From the human T2T-CHM13v2.0 reference genome, Homo sapiens, in assembly GCF_009914755.1 (NCBI RefSeq), contig NC_060926.1: DNA of 64,000 bases; one strand, given 5' to 3'. The position numbers were made by a program, and so were the translations under genes. Each line of letters opens with the position of its first letter. The first letter of the stretch is position 1. This document shows, in pieces, positions 12,891 to 26,669 of the stretch. A model generated the notes under the pieces. The model was not told where the DNA came from and did not search any database. It saw nothing but the letters and a program-made list of their open reading frames with translations.

Positions 12891-15800
12891 ATAACAATCC
12901 TTTTAGTTTTTGAACTTCTAAGCCTCAGCCTCCTCACACAGTGTTTCCTGTGGAAACTCAATAAACCATTAAATTTGTAGATTTCCTTGATTAGTATTTT
13001 TTGTTCCAGAAGACAAACACTATAATTTCAAGAATATTCTCTATATTTTTTGAGGGCTTACAAAGAAAAACACAATGTAGAAATACCCTGATTTTTCTAA
13101 AATGCTCAAAGAATGATGTATTCTGATACATCTAATTTCTGGCTAACTGGCTAAACAAATATTACTTTTCTTTAAACTTTATTATTGAATATGGAAAGGC
13201 CTTATTTGATTTTCTTATTGCAGCATGATATGTAATATGAATCTTTAGTGCAGCTCATCTTCGATGAAGCTTTTGAAAATATGAACCGTTTTCAGGGTGG
13301 CCGTAGGTTTAACTCACAGGTGTTGGTTGGAAACTCAGTAACAACGAATCTGAACTCTGATTTCTGTTACTTTCTTAAGATGGAGTTTTTAATAACTCAC
13401 ATCTCTTTTAATTTAGTTAGTAGTGAGTACATATTACAATGAAATGCCATATGTATTAACCCTTTTGTGACTTCCTTCACCCCCCCAATCTGAATAAGCA
13501 AAATGTTCATTTGCATTGATGGGAGTGCAGGCTCAGTGTGGTGGGGGAATGTGTCCCTCAGGGCTGCAAGTGCCGCAAACTCAGTCCAAAAATGAGTTCA
13601 GTTAGATCATTGATTCACTAAATCAGAGAAAGGAGGAATTTTGTTTCGTTTTGCTTTGAATCAGCTACTGGTTCCAGTAAGGCAATTAAAGAGTCCAGTT
13701 TTGGCATAGTTGTAGGTATTTTAATTTTGAGCCAGGCACTCTTAGATTTGAAGAATCCGAATTATAAATGAAATAATAAAATTTGGTGCAAGATGAAATT
13801 CGTAGAGTCTAGGAATTACAGCCCTGTGGGATTTAATGTCTTTTTACAGGCATAATTGATATATCTATATTTGAAATATAGGCTTTCTAATCTAGATGGT
13901 GACTGGAAGCCATTTCTCAGCTCGTCCTTGTGGCCTGCAATAGAAACAGGGAATTTCACAGGGGCGCAGCTGGCCCAAGTGGCAAAGTCTTAAAGGGGAT
14001 CGTGGTGCCACCTCCTGACTGCAGAGTAAGCTGGAGTGCAGAGGGGAGGGGAGAAAGCACCGTGTCTTGACCGACGACAGGGCTCAAGCCAGTGTGGGGC
14101 TGGGCTCAGGGACGTTGCTCTGAAACTCCAAGAAAAAAGAAAAGGTTTCATTCAGTCCTCACAACAAGCTTGCGAGTAAAGTGACCTCACTTGATATGGA
14201 GTACACTCATCCTCAGTGAGGCTGACAACTCGCCCGAGGGTTCAAAGGTCACGGTGGAAACCAATTCTTTCAGCCTCTTCTTCTCTGGTTTCCTTTACTT
14301 CCCCAAAGCCAGCTACAAAGAAATGATGAAAATGACAATTTACTCATCATAAAAGTAGAAGATAACATGGCTTAACCAAGTTATGGAGGTTAGTCAAAGA
14401 AAGCCAGGAAGAGCAATTATCCTTGTATTAATACTACGATCAACGCCCGCGGTGCTCACGTGGCCTGAACCCAACATGCACAAACCCTTTCCCATGGGAG
14501 CGCTGAGAGAAGCCTCTGGAGACTCGTGCTTGGCTGCCACGTGGCGCCTTGATTTGGTTGTGACCCTGGGAAAAGCCCTGCATCTCCTTTGGAATTTGCT
14601 GACCCCTCTCCGTGGGTCTCACCTTGAGCCTTTGAAAGAGGATCCAAGGCCCCAGATAGTTTTTCTTTTGTGAGGGTCGGTTTCGGTGGGGAAACATCCG
14701 TAATTTGAAGAGTGGTATAAAATGAATAGAATAACATCTAGCATCTTCTAGTTATTCAGTAAATATCTGTTGAATAACAAAATGCATACTACTTGACCAT
14801 TTTTTTTTCTATGTGGATAGTTGAATTGGGAGAATGCACAGCTGGTTATCTAAGTGACCACTGGGTGTCACTGTTTACCCACTGACCGACCATCAGTTTT
14901 TTTTTTTTTTTTTTTTTTTTTTTTCCCCTCTCACCTGGTCAGGACAAAAGCCTCTGGAAGCTGGTCCAGGTGCAGAGATTTCAAGCTTGTTTCTCATAAG
15001 TAACCTGCTATCTCAGGGGGGAAAAAGAGCGATTCCTATGTTATTCACTTCAGGATGTTTTCTGCTTTCTGTAATCTGGATGGAGAGCTGATGTGTTTTC
15101 TGTTTCTTCATCTCCCTTTTATCCTCCTAAAGAAGTTTTCTTTTGCTAACGAAAACAAGAGTTTTTATTTTGCAATTTATCTTGAAAATAGGAACGCTGG
15201 TGTGAACATTAGTTGGTACAAGACGGCAGGGTTTCATATGTAACTTTAATAGGAAACTATTGCAGGTGCTGAAAGTAAATTCTCACCTTGTCAGGCTCAG
15301 AGCATCATGATTATTGCTGCAGTGAGCTTCCTGGAAATAGAGGCCGTTCTCACTCTCTGGTGAAAGACAGGTTGGGCTTCAAAGGCCACCTCCACTGTTC
15401 TGATCTTTGGCCTCTAAGGTGATGCTCAACATCTTTGATCCTCAGAGTTCTTTGGCCCCCAGCAGGGCTTCTGACCCCACTCCCAGGGCTGCTGGGAAGT
15501 ACCAAGTTCAAACCCAAAATTTCTTGTTTTCCTCCTTAGGGGTGTTCTGCTAACATCTGAGCTGATGGGTCTTGAAGGAATATTATGTTTCCTCTGCTCT
15601 TCCCTTCGTGATGTAATTTACCATGTCTTTATAACACAATCTAATATGGGTTGGGCCAAATAGCTGGAATTCCTAAGTCAGAAGTTTTCTCTGAAAGGCA
15701 CGTAACTGACTGACTTGTCCGTGTTTGTGGATTTCACTGCTGCAGCAAGAGGACCTAGAAAATGGCCATCTTAAGACCTGAAGAGGCCTTAGAATTTATC

Positions 15801-16119
15801 CAGTTTAGTGTTTTTTTTTTTTTTTGGATGCATTTTACTCTTTCTTCAATATTCCATAGAGGGCTATAAAACCTTACAAGTGGGAGGTCTTAAAATTTCC
15901 CCATAAGACCAATGATGTGAGTACAACCTGCAGGAAACAGAAGGAATCCAGTTAGACAGTCCCTGGCCACTCCTTTCTCAGCCCTCCTTTCCTGCCCACA
16001 CCTCCCCTGCGGGAGCTGTGCTAATTCCTCACTGTATCTTGGTATCCTCTACTTTAAAGGGAGAAAAAAAGATGAGCACTTATGTTTCCTGAATCTAATG
16101 CATTCCAGGCTGATGAAGA

Positions 16120-16328
16120 GTGACGGCTACCATTAACTGAATCCTTTCTCTGCGCAGGACTTGTGTTCAGTCTTTTATTTTCACAATTTCATTTAATTCT
16201 CACTACAGTCCCAGGAGGTGCTCCAAGTTTTCCCTAATTTACAGATGAGAAAGCTGGAGCACCAATGGAGGTTAAATGGCCTACACAAAATCACCCAACT
16301 AACACCTGGTCATTTCTGAGTCCCTTGC
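16120..16328 (-). mobile_element. MIR SINE, interrupted by an L1 insertion
   Basis: atttcatttaattctcac..tttacagatgagaaagctggag..ggttaaatggcct. The MIR end resumes at about 17115-17140. Confidence 0.75.
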
Positions 16329-17114
<786 letters not shown>

Positions 17115-17364
17115 GGACTCCTTTGCTTTTAACCACTCACCTACTTAGGGGGATGTTGGGTTCAATGTTGTGGTCTGTAATAGAGAGGGTTTTTCAGTCA
17201 GTCTCACTGCCTTGAGCTCATGGTGGAGGCGTTTGGAGCCATATAAAACTAGACTTGAGTATCAGCTGCAAGAACAGGAGGATTTCACTCAATTTCTCTT
17301 TTGTTCCTGAAAGCATTTCTCTAGATGCCCCATTTATCCAGATGTGGCTATTGCACGTTGTATG

Positions 17365-17722
17365 TGATATGGTTTGGCTGTGTCCCCACCCAAATCTCAC
17401 CTTGAATTGTAATAATCCCCACGTGTCAAGGAGGGGGGGTGAGGTGGAGGTAATCGAATCATGGGGATGGTTTCCTCCATACTGTCCTCGTGTTTGTGAA
17501 TAAGTCTCATGAAATCTGATGGTTTTATAAATGAGAGTTTTCCTGCACACACTCTCTTGCCTGTTGCCATGTAAGACGTGACTTTGTTCCTCCTTTGCCT
17601 TCTGCCATGACTGTGAGGCTTCCCCAGCCACGTGGAACTGTGAGTCTGTTAAACCTCCTTCCTTTATAAATTACCCAGTCTCGGGTATATCTTTATTAGT
17701 AGTGTGAGAATAGACTAATACA
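17365..17722 (+). mobile_element. THE1 (MaLR) solo LTR
   Basis: Begins TGATATGGTTTGGCTGTGTCCCCACCCAAATCTC and ends ..gactaataCA; about 358 bp. Confidence 0.95.
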
Positions 17723-18879
17723 GTACTCCTGTGTCAAAATCTCTCGTATACCCCATAAATAAATGCACTTACTGTGTACCCACAAATACTAAAAATAAGA
17801 TTTTTTTAAAAAAGATTTCTTTAGCAGTTATGGGTGGCTGGGCATTGTGCTAGCTGAAGGCATCCTTATCTTCCTCCTTGCTTAGCTTCATGGAGACCAT
17901 GAGTCCCCCAGTCCTTACCCCTCCCCTGCAAGTTGGAATTAGACTTATTAGAACTACCTGATGGAGCTCAGTTAAACTTACAAAAAATCAAAGACAAAAC
18001 AAAAATAGGCTGCTCAGTTTATAACCCTCAGCCAAAATCTCTGATGAGTGGTGGGCGAGGTACGTTTCTGTTAGGGAGGTTGAAGAGTTTTCTACGTGAA
18101 TCAATGTGTATATGACAAGAGGGCAGCCCCAGGCATGCGTTTTGAAGACTTAGTGTGCGTCAAGGAAGTGCATGATGCCTGGGTTTAGAGGGTGGGAGGG
18201 GCCTGCTGCCATTTGTAGCAGAAGCTACCCTGGGGAAGGCTTACCCTCTGCATATTGATTGCCTGAGGGTTTCCATGAATATTGATTTAGGAAAGGCCAA
18301 TGGTGTTTACGCTGCTGAATATGCATCATCATGGCCATTAGAAACATGTCAGTCTATACTGAGGCAGGGCAGCTCTGGGATTTCATGGGCTTGGCGATAC
18401 CAGGGCTGAACTGGTTCAGTATCAACTGGAACTTTCTGCTTGAGTCTTAATTGCTTTTTGGAGGCAATCAGGCATCCAGTTAACCTCCTCTTTCCTGGAA
18501 TTTTGTTTTCTTGATTCTGCTATCTTACAAAATGGTCAGGAGGAAGATATTTTCAGAAGGCTTAGGAGCTTGACACACAGGCTGGATGCATTGTAATTGC
18601 ATCTGGGGGACAGAACACATTTCTGGATTTATCCCCAAAGCCTTACCCACATTTAAAAAATATTGTTGCTAAGTCTAGCGTGGAGGGAAGGGGCATAAAA
18701 TCACATATGAACACTCTCGGTAGGATAACGTGCATGCAGGCACATTAGACTCTTCCCTCTCCTGGAATGAGCAGCTGGAAGGTGAGTCTTTAAGACTCAA
18801 GTCCTCGCTTTTCTACAGGATGGTGCAAAGGAAGCTGCGTGACAATGTTCTAGCCCCGGGATAGAGAGAGCTGGAGTGT

Positions 18880-19045
18880 AGTTCTGCTGTGAAATATCAG
18901 AGCCTGGTTATGACCCAGTCAGGCACATACGCCTCTTGGCTTCAGTTTCTTCACTCCCAAAATGGGCGGATTCCTAGTCTAACTTCTACCTACAGTTAGT
19001 AGGAGGATAAAATGTTATAATCAATGTGAAGCACACAGAACATTT
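18880..19045 (+). mobile_element. MIR SINE
   Basis: gcttcagtttcttcactcccaaaatggg..gaggataaaatgttataatcaatgtgaagcac. Confidence 0.65.
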
Positions 19046-19746
19046 GAAAGGATTTTGGAGTCACTAATGGTACATGGCACCTTTTGGAGAGAAAACCTTA
19101 GGACTTAACCTTGGATGGATCATTTATGATTTCTTCTGATGCTAGGATATTGGCCGAGTTACTTATTTCTGTGCCTTGGTAAAATTGGTCTCACCTATAA
19201 AATAAGAATTATGACCCTATCCCACAGATACTGTACGCAGAACACTCTACAAAACATCACTTGAAACACAATTGAATTCAAATAACGACAGTTTCCATCT
19301 CTGCTTCTTCCTCCCCCTTAAAACACCAATTTTTTCCCTCTTATTGACTAGTCTTTTGCAGAGGTGATTAGAATGCCTGGCAATGCATGGGAATGCGGTT
19401 CCTATTTATAGATTATTAATTCATGGGTCTTTTGGAAAATCACTAATGCTGTTTTCCAAATCATTTGTCTTTTTTCAATGCTAAAATTATAATCTTATTT
19501 TCCCAATATAATTTGTTACCTGTTTATGAATTTTGACATGACGGAAGGAAGTGTGGAGTTTATGGCAGCGTTTGGGCAGCTAGCACAGCTTTTCTTGCTC
19601 AGCAGTTCTAATATAGTTCGATATTTGTTCTATTTTGGTTTATGTATTATTTATTGCCTTTATACTTTCAAAAGGAAATAGAGACTATTTTCAATAAATA
19701 CCAGTAGAGAATATAGTAAAACAACAACAACAGAAAAGAAATAAGA

Positions 19747-20101
<355 letters not shown>

Positions 20102-22003
20102 TCAAGGGGTGCTGACCACTCTTGTACATTGTTTTGCTCTAAGCTTTCTAGCACGTTAGGCAAAATCGGGTAAAAATAGAAGATTTTTGTGTTTTTCATT
20201 GTCAGGTAAAAAACAGCTAAGTATACTTTTCTTGAAAGCCACCTTTTCCTCAACATAAATTATGATATAATTATTTGTAGAGACTGATGAAAATAACAGG
20301 TCACAGCAGCTGTTTTGAAGATTCTGAATCCTGTGTTGTTCGGCCTCACATTAGCAGAGATCCTTCACATTGAGGGGTTTTGGGAGGGCTTACGAGAGGG
20401 GCTGTGCCAGCTGGTCCAGGAGTACCTTTTCTCCATTGAGAGTGGGGTTCCAACACCTTCCTGGGTGGGAAGGTGGTTAGTGCACCTGTGGACAGGCAGC
20501 CTGGTTCAGTTTGTGGATTGTTCCATCCTGAGCATCTCCTGATCCCAGGCTTGCTTGCATGTTGGCCTGAGGCATTTCATCTGGTAGAAGAGGAGGGAAT
20601 TTGGACTTCATTGCATAGCTTCTAAAATGGAAACCTACAGACATCACGTGCCATTTAATTTCATTAAATTTGATCCAATTCAGTTCAACTCCATATTGTT
20701 CAATTTCAACCAGTTCAGCGGAGGGCTGCAAGCACCTCCTGTGCTCTGGGCAATACGGGGAGTACGGATGGGCCAGGCTTCGTGCTGCCCTTGAGGGCAT
20801 GGCTTGCTGGCTCAGGAGGCAGATGCGTACCCCACTGCCTACCCTGGAGGAGGCTATAAACAATGGCTCCACGGAGAGCCAGGGAAAGTGCTGTGGGAGC
20901 AGCCGAGAGGAAGCAACAACTCTGTGGAAATGTTGTTTTATTTATGGCGATAAAGGTACACGTCTGTGTAATGATCTCTTTTCTGTTGTATATGATTCTG
21001 GAGTTTCCAATTATGCTGTAGTTTAGAAAATATTTTTCCTGAGGGTTAATGTTTACATTTACAAATGTGTATAGCTTAACTAACAGTTTAAATGGAAATT
21101 TTAATATAGTCTATGAATTGTTGCTTCATTTGCATATTTTATCAATTTGCCATCATTCTGGGTTGTATATAGTGCACTAATTAGAAATTGAATTAAAAAG
21201 GACTGTGCATTTTTAATTTTCACTTCAGAATGCAAAATGCTAGTTGTTTAACGACTGCCTTATCAATGGCATGTTGTATAGATATGTGAGTAGAGGCCGG
21301 GACATTTCTGGAGACCTGAACCCCAGAGAGATGATAAGGATGGATGGGACAGCGAGTCAATTTACACTGAAGGGAATGTGGCAGGTGTGAAGGTAATAGG
21401 CGGCTGTGGCTCGCCGCTTACTGCTGTGTTTCTTTGGTGTTCTCATTAGCATCACTGTTCCCCATGTCTTGGCCCAGACCCAGAATTGCAGGCTTAACAA
21501 GCCAAATAGCTATGCAGTGAGAAAGCTTTGCTAAAAGCATGAATGCTGCATACAGGTAGTCAGTTCCATTTGCCCTGAATGTGCACTAAGGACCCAATCT
21601 GTTCTGTCTACAGCAGATGATCCACTCAGACAAATGCCTAAGGGACTGCGTGTAAGAGCTAATCACACAGGGGCCCTCCCTTCCTGCCTCCTTTGTGTCA
21701 CTATAGTCCTTATGGCAGACAGGACTGGCTGGTGTAGGTGGCATTCACACACACTGACAGTCCCTTATGATGGAGTCAGTTGGCTTTGCACTGTGACATT
21801 GACAGGGTGCTGGCATGTCCTGACCACAGAGCTCCACTGTGGACTATCTCAGGATGTCTCTTCCAATCTCCTGTAACTTTTCAACTGTCTTCCTGAAAGA
21901 ACTCAGGTGTTGCCTGACAAGGGGGTGCTCGTCAACAGCAGCTGCCCTCACCAGTGGCATCTCCTGAGCCTGGAAATGTGCCTGGCACTTGCAAGGTGCT
22001 CAG

Positions 22004-22335
22004 TGTATCAGTCAGGACAGCCTGCATACGCTGCAGTAACAAGCAAGCCCCAGCTCTCGGGGTGTATCTCTTGTTCATTTGTGTGTCGCTTTATGGTGGG
22101 CAGGAGCTCTGGGACATCCCCTGTCACCAGGCAAGAGGAAGAGGAAATTGTGCATCGTGCATTCATTCTGAAAGGCATCTGTCTAGAAGAAATACAAGCT
22201 ACTTCTGCTCATATTTCATTGGTGAAAGCAAGTCAGGTGGCTACGTCTAACTTCAGAGAGGCAGGAAATACAAGTCTACATTTCCCAAGGGGGAGAACTG
22301 GATGCATTAGTGAGCAGCATTTATCTCTCACACAC
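22004..22335 (-). mobile_element. Old MLT1 (MaLR) LTR
   Basis: tgtatcagtcagga..tgcagtaacaa.. and cttctgctcatatttcattgg..aagcaagtca are MLT1J/K/L-like motifs. Confidence 0.65.
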
Positions 22336-22706
22336 TCCGTGTGTTTATCAAGCTGCACTAGAGGTGTGAAATAATGTTTGCCAATAATGATGCTGGTACC
22401 TCACTTGTTCCTCCTCTAAGGGAGGATATTGATTTTTAATTATGTGAAGGTCTCTGGATGTAAAAGTAGAAGTTTCTAAAAATCTAGAAGCCTTAAAAAC
22501 CTCAGAGATTGTCCAGCCCCATTTAATATTAGCAATGAGACGAAGTAGTTTGCCAAGCACCTTTCAGTCTGTTGATGTTAAACCTGGGGCTTGTGTCTTG
22601 GCCTGCCAACTCACCCACTAGAGTTCTTGCCACTTTTGTCTGGTGCCTGTAAGACGATGATCTAGGTCTCACTGCAAAGACCATTTCCAAAGACTGTCTG
22701 GTTCCT

Positions 22707-23068
<362 letters not shown>

Positions 23069-23147
23069 CTAGATGATGAAGATTACAGAAAATAATTTAC
23101 CCAAAGTGCTTTGGATAGTGCCTGGAACAGTCAATGTGTAATAACGG

Positions 23148-23447
23148 TTTTTTTTTTTTTTTTTTTTTTGAGTTGCGGGCAGGGTCTCACTCTGTCACCC
23201 AGGCTGGAGTGCAGTGGTGTGCTCACGGCTCACTGTAGCATCAAACTCCCCAGCTCAAGTGATCTTCCTGCCTCAGCCTCCTAAGTAGCTGGGACTGCAG
23301 GCATGCGCCACCATGCCTAGCTAATTTTTGTATTTTTTGTAGAGATGTTGTCTCATTATGTTGCTCAGGCTGGTCTCAAACTCCTGGCCTCAAGCAGTCC
23401 TCCTGACTCAGCTCCCCAGAGTGCTGGGATTACAAGTGTGCCTGGCC
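23148..23447 (-). mobile_element. AluJ
   Basis: Poly-T, then cagggtctcactctgtc..gctcaagtgatcttcc..ctcaagcagtcctcc, which are J diagnostics. Confidence 0.93.
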
Positions 23448-23754
23448 TATAACTACTGATTTATTATTATTCCATGTGATTGTTGTTGCTATAATTGAAT
23501 TCTGTAGTGAGGTGCCTTCTGGCCTGGCACAGGATGGCAGAGGGCTTACAGTTTTCTCCAGGCAGTGCTCCCAGCTCAGGGTTCAGCCACCAGACAAGTC
23601 ATTTGTTATCTCTTGCCACGTTTGGAATTTGGCCCCCATGTTCTCCAACAAGGGCACCCTTGAGAAGAGGGGAGAGGAGAGGAGGGAAGGGGAGGGGAGG
23701 GGAGAAGAAAAGGTACAGTGAGCATGAGAATCAAGCACCGAGAGGCAGGATGGG

Positions 23755-24121
23755 TGATACGGTTTGGCTCTGTCTCCACCCAAATCTCACTTAGAATTGT
23801 AATCCCCACCGGTCAAGGGCGGGACCAGGTGGAGGTGATTGGATCATGGGGGCGGTTTCCCCCATGCTGGTCTCATGATAGTGAGTGAGTCTTAGGAGAT
23901 CTGATGGTTTTATAAGCGTCTGGCATTTCCCCACTTGCACTTCTCCTTCCTGGCCCCCCTGGGAAGAAGATACTTTTCTTCCCCTTCACCTTCTGCCATG
24001 ATCGTAAGTTTCCTGAGGCCTCCCCAGCCATGCGGAACTGTGAGTCAATTAAACCTCTTTCCTTTATGAATTACCCAGTCTTGGGTATGTCTTTACAGCA
24101 GCGTGAAAATGGACTAATACA
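23755..24121 (+). mobile_element. THE1D-like (MaLR) solo LTR
   Basis: TG..CA ends; contains gtaagtttcctgaggcctccccagcc; 5-bp TSD ATGGG/ATAGG. Confidence 0.93.
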
Positions 24122-24699
24122 ATAGGCACCTGGAGGGGGCATCGGAAGGGTGGAGGAGACAGAGGAGCTGAAGGGAAGATACCACAGGTCTTGGGGCCAA
24201 AGACAAGGAGTGGCTCAGGAGCTCCAGGTCTGAGGGCAAGGCAGGGAGCAAGAAGGAGGTAATGCAGAGGTGCTGAGGCATCACGGGTGTTGACTGAGGA
24301 ATGGCAGGCGTCTCCTCTCAGAACGTGCTCAGGCTGGGGGGTTTCAGCAAGTGTCCAAGCCCCCCCAGCCCCGTCTTTCCCTCCCAGGCACGTGCTGTCC
24401 TGCCTCCTGCCATCTGGGACTGGCCTTGTCCAGAGCATTACCTCTCCCTCTGGCTGTGATCTCCCTGCAAGGGGGCTCCCACTAAAGAGAAATGATAACA
24501 ATTTACAGAGGGAACGCTGGCCTCTAGACAGCCATGGAGGGCTATGCAGGGAGTAACGAGAGCTCTGATAATAAGAACAGCCAAGGTTTATGGAGCCCCA
24601 GGTCCAGGAGTCAGCTCAGCGTGTTTTTTCATCTTTACTTTATGTCTTAATTATTTGGGTTTGTAATCATCATCATCATGATAATGGAGATGCCAATAA

Positions 24700-24910
24700 C
24701 AGCGATAACAGCTATCATCGAGTGAGCTCTTATTCCTGTGTATTTTATGTCTATTATTTGTTTCCATAGCAATGGTTTCGGGTCAGGGGATTTTCAAAAG
24801 GGGACAGTGAGGCTCAGGAATGTAAACCAGTTGCCCGAGCTTGCATGTCTGGTAAATAGCAACACAGACCATGCTCAAAATACATCTGTCTGACTTCAAA
24901 GCCCATGCCA
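24700..24910 (-). mobile_element. MIR SINE
   Basis: gggacagtgaggctcagg..ttgcccgag..tctgtctgacttcaaagcccatgc. Confidence 0.65.
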
Positions 24911-26295
24911 GGGCTTTAAAGATAACTCAGGATTATGCTCTTTGCAAACAAAGGAAATTGGAACTCAGGGAGGTCCAATTTCAGTTTCTAGAACATCTAC
25001 ACCTCTTTGGAATGGAGGTGCACTTGGATTAGGGTCCTCCGAACCCTGGCTAACACTTTTCCTCCCCCTCTGCCCTGCTGCCCCCCACAGATGCAGGACA
25101 GTCCCTTCTGTGGGGTAGGGACCCAGGTGGGAACACTGTTGCTTCCTGGTCCTTCCTGTCTGTGGCCAAGCTGAGTCTCATTAATGCAAGGGCACCCAGA
25201 CAGTGGGAAGTTCTCAAAAGAGCAGTTTTGGAGTCCATGTGGAAGAGGAGGGAAGACGCACACCCTCTTCTCTATGGCCGTGCAGCGGGCTTGGCTTTGG
25301 TGATAGAAACCGTGGGTCTGGCGTATTTCTGCGCTGCCTTTGCTTGTTTAGAAACTGCCGCTTGCAGGCACTGCCCACCCTCACAGGGTATGAGTCAGTA
25401 GTCAGCCCTGTGATTGGCAAGTGTCTACCTTGTGCCTGGCTGATGCCCACACCCTGAGAGATAGGACTATTATTCTCTCTTCTAGAAAAAGAAGATGAAT
25501 TTAGGACATTTAAGAAACTTCTCCAAGGCTTCACTGCTAATTCAGTTGCTCAGTCAAGATTTGAATCAGCTGTGTGTGACTCGTGTGTTACTCCAAAATG
25601 GAAATGTTTGGTTCACGAGGACTCTACTTTACTATGCATGTGTACTTCCAGAAGAAAGGGAAAAACAAAGGTATTTAGGCATTGTTTTTTAAAAGGTAGT
25701 ATTTCTATTTTCCGTATCCTCCCCCCTTCAATATATTCCTACAAAAGGTTGATGGAAGGAAAGTTGACATAAATCGTAAAATCTCAAATGAGATTTGGGT
25801 ACTTTTGTGGTTTTGACTTACCTGTACTGATCTTTCCATAAATGCAGATAATCAAAGTTTGGCTTTGTCTTTCTATTTATTGACTTGGCTATCCAAGTGC
25901 TTATCTATCTGTTTTCTCTAATGTGGAAAGGGGTCACCGTTCATAAAATTGGGCTTGAAACTTCTGGCAATGTAATACACGTATTGGTTTTGTATTGTTC
26001 TTAAATGGATCATCTGGTGTCATTGAGGAATTTACCTTTCTCTGATATTCTCAATTGCTCCAAGTTAAAAAATAAAAAGTTGTGCGAAGTAATTTTCAGT
26101 GTCCAAGAAAGACATTGGACGAAGTGGGAGTGAAGGGTGAAGACCAGGGTTTTAAAGAGAAAAACTCACACAACTTAGGACAGGCGAAAATGGTGAAAGA
26201 AGCTGGTATTCCCACGTCCACTCCGCTCCCTATTACAGAACACCAGGCTAGAGTCACATCTTGCAGCGTCAGCTTCAGACTTTTATCATGTTTTC

Positions 26296-26519
26296 AAGTG
26301 GGGCCAACTTATTGACATTTTGTCCGCACAGCTCTGGCCAAAGCACTCCTGAGCTGAGGCTCGGCACTGCCGTGCAGCCCTCACTGTCAGACCAGTGGGG
26401 GCCACGCGGGCTGTGGACGCAGCCTCAGGATAGATGCAGCGGGGCTACACGCCTCTTCCTCTGGTTTAAATGTTTATCCAGAAAAGAAAAACGTAGCCTG
26501 AGATTTCACTCTGTGTGGC
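26296..26519 (+). repeat. Left arm of a 224-bp inverted repeat
   Basis: Hand alignment to the reverse complement of 27633-27856 is gapless with 17 mismatches. Confidence 0.97.
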
Positions 26520-26669
26520 TGCCAGGCACTTGTTTCTTTTCCAACTGGCTTCCCCATTGAGGGATTTTTCCCTGAAGGTCCTGGCGGTTTGGGCTTAGAT
26601 TACAGGGAGCAAGGCTGTATTTTTAAGCAGGCTGTGAGGGGAAAGGGGAGGACAGGGGAGGACACTGGG

